This document shows positions 25,400 to 32,000 of a DNA stretch of 32,000 nt, piece after piece. The stretch's first letter is position 1, and each line of letters begins with the position of its first letter. Source of the DNA: Gammaproteobacteria bacterium (lineage in GTDB: Bacteria > Pseudomonadota > Gammaproteobacteria > JBIOEC01); assembly GCA_965279305.1 (NCBI GenBank), contig OZ257143.1:420001-452000 (forward strand), read 5' to 3'. The position numbers were made by a program, and so were the translations under genes. Below the pieces are notes generated by a model that saw only the letters and a program-made list of their open reading frames with translations, had not been told where the DNA came from and searched no databases.

Positions 25400-25494
25400 G
25401 ATGGCACTTCTTTATCGTTTTAAAATAGTTAGCTAAATTAATTTTATCCTCATTTCCCCTTAAGGTCAACCCTTACCCCTTTCCCAGGCCTTTC

Positions 25495-25530
25495 TTGCTT
25501 ATAGCCCTACTTGAGGTATAATGTTTTTTT
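25495..25530 (+). promoter_or_regulatory. candidate pyrB promoter with a T7 tract between the -10 and the ATG
   Basis: TTGCTT (25495-25500), a 16-nt spacer, TATAAT (25517-25522), G, TTTTTTT (25524-25530), then ATG at 25531. No well-spaced RBS is present. Confidence 0.35.
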
Positions 25531-26463
25531 ATGAATCATAAAAATCCTCACCAACTTCTTAGCATTGCCGATTTAACCCCCAATTCTATTATTCATATTC
25601 TAGAAACCGCCAGAAGGTTCCTAGGCCCTGATGGGCATATCCCCAAAAGCTCGCTGCTTTCGGGTAAAATGGTGGCTAATGTGTTTTTTGAGCCTAGCAC
25701 CCGTACCCGTACTACTTTTGAAATTGCGGCCAAAAAGCTCTCGGCCGATGTGCTTAACTTTAATGCTCAAATCTCCTCTATCAGCAAAGGCGAGTCCTTG
25801 CTGGATACCATGAGCAATTTGCAGGCCATGCATGTGGATCTCTTTATTATCCGCCATAATGAAAATGACGCCCCAGAACTTATCGCCAAACATTTGCCCC
25901 CGAACACCCCTATTATTAATGCAGGTGACGGCACTCATGCCCACCCTACTCAGGCCTTGTTAGACGTATTTACCATACAGCAGCACAAGCCCGATTTTAC
26001 TAAGCTCAAAATTGCTATCGTGGGCGATATTTTGCATTCCAGAGTTGCTCGCTCCCAAATTGACGCTTTTCGTGCCTTAGGGGTAAAAGAGATCCGAGTA
26101 GTAGGCCCTAAAGCCTTATTACCTGAGAGCATTCATGAAATGGGCGTTAAGGTTTACCATAATCTTGCAGAAGGGATCCGTGATGTAGATGTGGTTTCCC
26201 TACTTCGTTTACAGCGCGAGCGTATGCAAGAAGCGTTATTGCCTAACGAGAAAGACTATTTTAAAGAATTCGGCCTTACTAAAGAAAAATTAAAAGCCGC
26301 AAAACCCGATGCTATTGTTATGCACCCTGGCCCCATCAACAGAGGTATTGAAATTGCTTCAGATGTAGCCGATGGATCTCAATCTGTTATTTTAGAGCAA
26401 GTCAGCAACGGTATTGCTGTTCGTATGGCTGTTATTACATTAGCCATTGCCGGTCAATTATAA
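25531..26463 (+). CDS. pyrB: aspartate carbamoyltransferase catalytic subunit
   Basis: [17 protein letters not shown], the HSRVA region, LRLQRER and the HPGPINRG motifs are present. Confidence 0.95.
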   Translation: MNHKNPHQLLSIADLTPNSIIHILETARRFLGPDGHIPKSSLLSGKMVANVFFEPSTRTRTTFEIAAKKLSADVLNFNAQISSISKGESLLDTMSNLQAMHVDLFIIRHNENDAPELIAKHLPPNTPIINAGDGTHAHPTQALLDVFTIQQHKPDFTKLKIAIVGDILHSRVARSQIDAFRALGVKEIRVVGPKALLPESIHEMGVKVYHNLAEGIRDVDVVSLLRLQRERMQEALLPNEKDYFKEFGLTKEKLKAAKPDAIVMHPGPINRGIEIASDVADGSQSVILEQVSNGIAVRMAVITLAIAGQL

Positions 26464-27419
26464 AAAGTAGTTTCCCCCGAAAATAATTGCATGCCATATC
26501 TCGCTCCTGTTTGCATAGCCATGATTAAATGGCTGTTTTGGTTTTCTCTGATATATTGTTTTACTGCCGGCGTGGTTACCAACACTTCAAATTCTGCCTC
26601 GCGTTTTCCATTTTTATTCACTAATCGCTGACTAGCAACCCCTAATAAACATTCTGCTAATCGAGCTCTTATCATTTCGTGTTGCGCATGGGGAAAAGCA
26701 TCTATTATTCTATTAACGGTATTAATCACATTAGCTGTATGCAGTGTGGCTAATACTAAATGTCCTGTTTCTGCTGCATTTAGGGCTAGCTTAATAGTTT
26801 CCGGATCTCTCATTTCACCCACTAAAATAATATCCGGATCTTCTCTTACTATATTTTTTAGCTCATTAGAAAAATCATCAAAATGCATTTTACATTCTTT
26901 TTGTGTAATAACACTTTTATCGTTGAAATAAATAAACTCTATAGGATCTTCTAATGAGATAATGTGTTTGGAACTCTGTTGATTAATCGCTGAAACTAAA
27001 GCTGCTAAAGTAGTTGTTTTGCCGCAGCCTGTGGGGCCAGTAATTAAAATAAGCCCCGCTGTTTTTTTTATCCACTCGTTAAAAATAGCAGGCGCCGGTA
27101 ATTCACTCAGCGAGGGGATATTATTAGGAATCAAACGAACCACTGCACTTAAGCCATTTAATTGGTGAAATAAACTCGCTCTTGCCCTAATACCATTTTT
27201 ACTCTGAATACTGATATCGATACTATTATTTTTTTTCAATTCTCTCTGCTTTTTTAAGCTGGCATATTCCAATAATTCAGATGGATTAAAATAATGATCT
27301 TCAAAAAAACGTAATTCACCATTGATACGTAACCAAAGTGCTTGGCCAGAAATAATATGTATATCACTAGCGTTATTTTTATTAGCCCATGTAATAAGTG
27401 AAAAGAAATCCATATGCAT
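26454..27419 (-). CDS. pilT: PilT-family type IV pilus retraction ATPase (divergent, short C-terminus)
   Basis: ASDIHI, Walker [11 protein letters not shown], the Asp box/Walker [15 protein letters not shown], the His box [11 protein letters not shown] and PAVKQYIRE (the AIRNLIRE motif) are present. It is 321 aa, compared with about 344 for P. aeruginosa PilT. Confidence 0.85.
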   Translation of the reverse strand: MHMDFFSLITWANKNNASDIHIISGQALWLRINGELRFFEDHYFNPSELLEYASLKKQRELKKNNSIDISIQSKNGIRARASLFHQLNGLSAVVRLIPNNIPSLSELPAPAIFNEWIKKTAGLILITGPTGCGKTTTLAALVSAINQQSSKHIISLEDPIEFIYFNDKSVITQKECKMHFDDFSNELKNIVREDPDIILVGEMRDPETIKLALNAAETGHLVLATLHTANVINTVNRIIDAFPHAQHEMIRARLAECLLGVASQRLVNKNGKREAEFEVLVTTPAVKQYIRENQNSHLIMAMQTGARYGMQLFSGETTFYN

Positions 27420-27481
27420 TTAATATTCCGATTATTATGTGTTAAAATGAATATTACCTTACACGGACGTCAGTATTTGAA

Positions 27482-28204
27482 ATGAAACTTAAAAGTTTTG
27501 TAAAGATTATTCTCTTAAAAGCCCTACTGGTCTTTTCTTCTTTAGCAATCAGCTTAACTCAAAACATGGGTTCATGGATTGATCTGAGTATCAATCAAGA
27601 CGTGCCCAAACTCGAAAATTTCAGCTATTTACTAGAAGCACAAGCCCGTATGTTAAATCATTCAAATTATTATGAATTAGGTATTATGCAAGCCGCCTTA
27701 GGTTATCGTAAAATACCCAAGCTCAGTTTTTGGTTAGGGTATGAATGGATAGGCCACAATAATATATTTGATATTCCCAGACAAAATGGAATATGGCAAC
27801 AAATGGTATGGCAAGTATACACCCAAGATCATTTTACATTCAGAACCAGAACTCAATTTGAACAGGTACGTCCCATAGACAATTCTCAATGGGCTAGCTT
27901 TTTTAGAGAAAAATTTTCATTTTATTTTCAAAATACCTTAATGGATAATAAGTGGACCCCGTTAATTTATGATGAAATTTTTGTATTAATGAACAATCCG
28001 AATTGGCTAGATGGTGTAGATAAATTGGCACAAAACCGTCTTTTTATTGGCGTGGATATTCCCACCTCTAAAACTACATTCTTGGAAATCGGCTATCTTC
28101 AACAAGCACTTTTTAATGATTCAGGAAATATTTTAAATCATACTTTATATATAGGCTTTAATATTAATACGGATTCACTACCTCTTGCTCAATACGTACG
28201 ATAA
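27482..28204 (+). CDS. secreted/outer-membrane-like protein, possibly DUF2490 family
   Basis: It has an N-terminal signal-like hydrophobic segment and an alternating aromatic/polar beta-strand-like sequence (FTFRTRTQFEQVR, FLEIGYLQQ, LYIGFNIN). The DUF2490 assignment is from memory only. Confidence 0.4.
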   Translation: MKLKSFVKIILLKALLVFSSLAISLTQNMGSWIDLSINQDVPKLENFSYLLEAQARMLNHSNYYELGIMQAALGYRKIPKLSFWLGYEWIGHNNIFDIPRQNGIWQQMVWQVYTQDHFTFRTRTQFEQVRPIDNSQWASFFREKFSFYFQNTLMDNKWTPLIYDEIFVLMNNPNWLDGVDKLAQNRLFIGVDIPTSKTTFLEIGYLQQALFNDSGNILNHTLYIGFNINTDSLPLAQYVR

Positions 28205-28206
28205 AC

Positions 28207-28896
28207 ATGAATACACTAATAGAACATTTGCATCATATAAAACATCAAATACAAGAAACGGCTGTTCAAGCGAATCGTTCTCCTGATAGTGTTACCTTAC
28301 TGGCCGTAAGCAAACAACAAAGCGCTGACACTATTCGCACTCTATTTAATGCCGGCCAATATTTATTTGGTGAAAATTATGTGCAAGAAGCGTTAAAAAA
28401 AATGAATGTCTTAAAAGATTTGTCTATTGAATGGCATTTTATAGGACAAATACAAAGTAATAAAATACGTGATATTGCTCAGCATTTTTCTTGGGTACAT
28501 ACCATTGATAAAGAAAGTACCGCCAAACGATTTCATGATCAACGTCCTACTGCATTGCCACCGTTACAAGTGTGTATTCAAGTCAATTTTGCACATGAAG
28601 CACAAAAAGGCGGCGCCGATCCCAAAAACGTGCTTTCCTTAGCAAAAGCCATTTTAACCATGCCACATTTAAAATTGCGCGGTTTAATGGTGCTACCGCC
28701 TAATACACTCACTGATTACGATGAACAGTTAAAAAGTTTTCAGCAACTAGCTGAATTAAAACAAACGTTAGAAAAACATGGAATTGTTTTAGATACCTTA
28801 TCAATGGGGATGACGCATGATTTTAAAGCAGCCATTCCCGCCGGCGCGACTATAGTGAGGATAGGGAGCGCGATTTTTGGCTCACGCTCCGTCTAA
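28207..28896 (+). CDS. yggS: YggS-family pyridoxal-phosphate homeostasis protein
   Basis: LLAVSKQQ (the PLP Lys), FGENYVQEA, WHFIGQIQSNK and LSMGMTHDF..AI..GAT.VRIGSAIFG are present. Confidence 0.9.
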   Translation: MNTLIEHLHHIKHQIQETAVQANRSPDSVTLLAVSKQQSADTIRTLFNAGQYLFGENYVQEALKKMNVLKDLSIEWHFIGQIQSNKIRDIAQHFSWVHTIDKESTAKRFHDQRPTALPPLQVCIQVNFAHEAQKGGADPKNVLSLAKAILTMPHLKLRGLMVLPPNTLTDYDEQLKSFQQLAELKQTLEKHGIVLDTLSMGMTHDFKAAIPAGATIVRIGSAIFGSRSV

Positions 28897-28904
28897 TTTA
28901 GTTT

Positions 28905-30119
28905 TTAGCTAATAGTGGCGGTATTTCTAGAAGCAGGTACCGGTAATGGGCAATTTGCTTCATCAGCATCTATCATTTTACGCAGTGCAGGAAAAAACGT
29001 TTCCATCGCTTCTCTAGAAAGCGATTGTAAAGCAACTTCTACCTTTTCAAGGACTTTTATCATTTCTGCTCTTCTATAATAAGAAGAAGTCGGTTTAAAA
29101 TCTAATTTAGTAATAATTTGAAAAATACTATTCTCGTTGCTTGCCTCTTCCATAGTAACAAAAATTCTATTTCCCCTATCTGTTACCGAGAGAATTTTCA
29201 AATTCATGTGTACATCGCCTGGAAAGTGGGTCGGAATTACTACGTCTGTATTATCGGGCCTCCACCCTAAATCTAACATCATTTGATAATATTCTTTGGG
29301 GAATTCTTTAGGTAGTAATTTCCTTGTGTTCAAACAACTGCGTGCAACTTTACAATACATTTTAAATGTTTGTCTTTCGTTTTTAGACAAATGCTCTAAT
29401 TTTTGACCGCCTTCTGTTGCTATCCACATTCTTTGAAATTCTTTAATAATAGAAATCCCTTCATTTACTGCTTCTTTTACATGGTTGTATCTCGGTAGAT
29501 GAGAAGCATCTATCTCATATCTAGTTTGTGGGTTTTGATGGACTTTCAAATAGATAGGAAATTGTGCAGTAAGCGCTGGCATCATGCATTCTGGTGTTTG
29601 GTGACGCATATGTCTTAGAAAGTGTCTTGTTTCATGTATCACTATCACTGGTGAAACATTAGAAACACTAGGGTCTTTAGAAGCACTAAACCATACTCTC
29701 TTAGTTAAAGTATTAAATCCAGCTGCCATGTTATTTTTTATAAGATATTCTTCTGGAAGGCAGAGTATTTTAAGGTCTAAATTTAAAGCCGTTTCCAGAT
29801 CGGCTCTGCCCGCACTAAAATCTAATAATCCTGAAACTGATTCAAGAACAGCCTCTCTGCATAATCGCTCTTCATCTGATCCGGGATAAGCCTGATCAAA
29901 TTCTGGGTCAACGCTAATAGAATTTCTGACCATTTCTAATAATTTAAGTGAATCTGCATCTAATAGTTTTTTTGGTTTAATGCTAGGAACAGGAGATTGA
30001 GCGCTATTAAAGGCTCTATGCAGTACAGCAGCTATTATTAGCACTAAAACGCCTAAAGCTAAGGCTCTTTTAGGAATAGCAGAATGTGTATTGGTTTGAA
30101 CTGCGCGACGTGAGGGCAT
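28905..30119 (-). CDS. membrane-anchored hypothetical protein with an HExxH motif (possible zinc metalloprotease; effector-like)
   Basis: It has an N-terminal TM anchor (ALALGVLVLIIAAVL) and VIVIHETRHFLRHMRH, with HETRH at aa 162-166 (nt 29622-29636). It is AT-rich and I recognise no family. Confidence 0.5.
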   Translation of the reverse strand: MPSRRAVQTNTHSAIPKRALALGVLVLIIAAVLHRAFNSAQSPVPSIKPKKLLDADSLKLLEMVRNSISVDPEFDQAYPGSDEERLCREAVLESVSGLLDFSAGRADLETALNLDLKILCLPEEYLIKNNMAAGFNTLTKRVWFSASKDPSVSNVSPVIVIHETRHFLRHMRHQTPECMMPALTAQFPIYLKVHQNPQTRYEIDASHLPRYNHVKEAVNEGISIIKEFQRMWIATEGGQKLEHLSKNERQTFKMYCKVARSCLNTRKLLPKEFPKEYYQMMLDLGWRPDNTDVVIPTHFPGDVHMNLKILSVTDRGNRIFVTMEEASNENSIFQIITKLDFKPTSSYYRRAEMIKVLEKVEVALQSLSREAMETFFPALRKMIDADEANCPLPVPASRNTATIS

Positions 30120-30231
30120 AAACTTCTCTCTTTTATTTTACTAACTGACTTTATATCATAACCTGCCTGTTCTGGCAACCAACCTGATTTCTACGCTCCA
30201 AAACAAGGCTTAAGTTTGCTACAATGGGGGG

Positions 30232-31068
30232 ATGAAAATAATACCTCATTTTACCCATTCTATTGCCGTCATCGGTGGCGGCAATATGGCTCTAAACCTA
30301 GTAGGCGGCCTATGTGCTGCAGACTATCCTGGCAATTTAATTACAGTCACCGGACCTCATGAGTTAAAATTAGAGCCTTTTTATCGTTTTGATGTTCATA
30401 CTACACAAAACAATCTGGAAGCCGCTAAAAATGCCGATATTATTATATTGGCCGTAAAACCTAAAATAGTAAAAGAAGTCTGCCAAGAATTAGCCAGCAT
30501 AGTAAATGAGCGAAAACCTCTGATGATATCAATCGCCTCTGGTATTACATTAGAGCAGCTTGCTGGATGGTTAGGTGAAAACCAAGCGATTATTCGAGCG
30601 ATGCCTAATACGCCTTCTAAGGTGTTGCAAGGCGTTACAGGATTATGTGCTAATATTCATGTAACTGAAAATCAACGAAGCCTAGCAGAAGAATTATTTA
30701 AAACAGTAGGCATTATATCGTGGTTTGACGACGAACAATTATTGCATGCCGTCACCGCATTATCAGGCTCGGGGCCAGCTTATTATTTTTTATTAATGGA
30801 AGCCATTGCATATGCCGGAGCAGAGTTAGGACTTTCACCCGAGATTGCTAAACTTTTTAGTATTCAAACGGCATTAGGTGCAGCTAAATTAGCTGCAGAT
30901 AGCATATTAAGTTTAGAAGAATTGCGCGCTCAAGTGACGTCTCCTCAAGGGACAACATCAAAAGCGATAGAAGTAATGGAAGACAATAATATACGCGATA
31001 TAATGCATAAAGCATTAACCGCTGCTTATAAACGTTCGATTGAACTAACTGATGAGGGAAAATCATGA
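30232..31068 (+). CDS. proC: pyrroline-5-carboxylate reductase
   Basis: IAVIGGGNMALNLVGGL (Rossmann), ILAVKP, RAMPNTP, SGSGPAYYFLLMEA and VTSPQGTT are present. Confidence 0.9.
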   Translation: MKIIPHFTHSIAVIGGGNMALNLVGGLCAADYPGNLITVTGPHELKLEPFYRFDVHTTQNNLEAAKNADIIILAVKPKIVKEVCQELASIVNERKPLMISIASGITLEQLAGWLGENQAIIRAMPNTPSKVLQGVTGLCANIHVTENQRSLAEELFKTVGIISWFDDEQLLHAVTALSGSGPAYYFLLMEAIAYAGAELGLSPEIAKLFSIQTALGAAKLAADSILSLEELRAQVTSPQGTTSKAIEVMEDNNIRDIMHKALTAAYKRSIELTDEGKS

Positions 31069-31658
31069 TCTGGTCGCCTTTAATTGATGGACTGCATTTT
31101 TTAATTAATACATTATTCACTTTATATTTATACGTGCTTTTATTACGTGTATTATTGCCTGCTGTAGGTGCTGATTATTACAATCCTTTCAGCCAATATA
31201 TTGTAAAGCTTACACAACCTATTGTTGCACCCTTTCAAAAATTCTTGCCGCGTACACATCGCATTGATACACCGGCTATCGTGATGTTGTTTTTATTTTG
31301 CGGTTTAAAAAACTGGATATTATATGGATTGCTTTTACAAAGCCAAGTATCGTGGGTAGGCTTAACAGTGATGATTTTGCCTGAAGTATTAGAGCTGGCG
31401 ATTGAGTTTTATTTCTTTGCGATTATCATTCAAATGATTATTACTTGGTTCCAGCCTACTACGTATAATCCCTTTATTACTGTTTTATTTCAATTAACTG
31501 AGCCACTTTTATTGCCTGCTCGGAAATTAATTCCTACTATTGGAGGCATTGATTTGTCGCCTTTAGCGGTGATTGTTGGGCTACAACTCATGAATATTAT
31601 TGTAGTGGGGCCTCTTTTAGCTTTTGCATTACGCTTTACGGTGGGGATCCCAGGTTAA
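31065..31658 (+). CDS. yggT: YggT-family membrane protein
   Basis: It has an ATGA overlap with the proC stop and a duplicated YGGT repeat (..LLRVLL......NP....I..LT.P...P.R..IP..GG(I)D.SP). It keeps the yggS/proC/yggT neighbourhood. Confidence 0.85.
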   Translation: MIWSPLIDGLHFLINTLFTLYLYVLLLRVLLPAVGADYYNPFSQYIVKLTQPIVAPFQKFLPRTHRIDTPAIVMLFLFCGLKNWILYGLLLQSQVSWVGLTVMILPEVLELAIEFYFFAIIIQMIITWFQPTTYNPFITVLFQLTEPLLLPARKLIPTIGGIDLSPLAVIVGLQLMNIIVVGPLLAFALRFTVGIPG

Positions 31659-31665
31659 TAAACGC

Positions 31666-32000
31666 ATGTCATCTATTATTTTAGCCAGCCACAACGAAGG
31701 GAAAAAAGAAGAGTTACAAGCAGTGCTGAAACATCTTCCCTTTACTATCGAAAATGCTCCTGCTCATTGGCCAGAAGTAGAAGAAACCGGCCTTACATTC
31801 GTAGAAAATGCCTTATTAAAAGCCCGCAGCGCTGCTGCATTCACTCAAAAACCGGCTATTTCAGATGATTCTGGTATTGTCGTTCCTGCCTTAAATGGAG
31901 CACCTGGCATTTATTCTGCGCGCTATGCGGGTATTAATGCTAAAGCTCAAGATAATATTAAAAAATTACTGAACGATATGCGTGATTTACCTGAAAATCA
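31666..32000 (+). CDS. rdgB: dITP/XTP pyrophosphatase RdgB (HAM1 family), 5' part; continues beyond the window
   Basis: I translated it by hand from the ATG at 31666: MSSIILASHNEGKKEELQAVL...EETGLTFVENALLKARSAA...AISDDSGIVVPALNGAPGIYSARYAG. These are canonical RdgB motifs. The frame is open to the window end. Confidence 0.9.
   Translation, partial: MSSIILASHNEGKKEELQAVLKHLPFTIENAPAHWPEVEETGLTFVENALLKARSAAAFTQKPAISDDSGIVVPALNGAPGIYSARYAGINAKAQDNIKKLLNDMRDLPEN

Noticed and set aside
25621-26132. ORFs 25621..25944 (-), 25631..25813 (+) and 25950..26132 (-) lie within pyrB.
   Set aside because: pyrB is unambiguous (STRTR, HPTQ and HPGP motifs). These are alternative-frame or antisense artefacts.
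2350-31120. Remaining short ORF-track entries: 2350..2538, 3033..3245, 5070..5276, 5809..6030, 6007..6294, 7703..7924, 7816..8067, 12698..12913, 20034..20282, 23041..23262, 23497..23679, 26746..26931 and 30884..31120.
   Set aside because: Each is nested in, or antisense to, a gene with clear family motifs. None has a convincing RBS or a recognisable domain.
1-32000. I scanned both strands for tRNA/rRNA genes, CRISPR repeat-spacer arrays, IS elements or transposases, integrases, phage genes and long tandem or inverted repeats.
   Set aside because: I recognised none. All non-coding gaps are 274 bp or shorter and lack cloverleaf-like or periodic repeat structure.

Overview
This is an AT-rich gammaproteobacterial chromosomal segment with about 40 genes. 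I recognise no rRNA, tRNA, CRISPR array, transposase or integrase. The backbone is housekeeping and follows gene orders I know from Pseudomonas and E. coli: hemX-hemY; rpmB-rpmG; gshB, tonB3-like, yqgE(algH), ruvX; radC ... dut-algC; pyrB / pilT, yggS, proC, yggT, rdgB. Atypical, often visibly AT-richer genes sit at the joints between these blocks.

(1) A 1041-aa ORF fuses a ParB/Srx-like N-terminus, a Upf1/Sen1-type SF1B helicase, an RG/Q/N-rich tail and a canonical eukaryotic C-x8-C-x5-C-x3-H zinc finger. (2) A eukaryotic-type (TKL-like) protein kinase carries an unknown 240-aa N-terminal domain. (3) A tightly coupled DUF2282 (bufferin-type Cys-rich secreted precursor) and DUF2063 (BufC-like) pair lacks the DUF692/MNIO enzyme that normally sits between them, and a perfect 14-bp palindrome lies at its promoter. 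(4) A membrane-anchored HExxH protein is inserted between yggS and proC. (5) An RHH-Doc toxin-antitoxin pair has the Doc catalytic His replaced by Gln and is translationally coupled to an SNF-family transporter. (6) A LysE exporter and TIM-barrel cassette sits where coaBC is expected.

The eukaryotic-like genes, their Ser/Thr/Ala/Pro-rich termini and the very compact gene packing fit an amoeba-associated, Legionellales-like lifestyle with translocated effectors. That is inference: no secretion-system genes are in this window. All family calls come from motif reading, not database searches.
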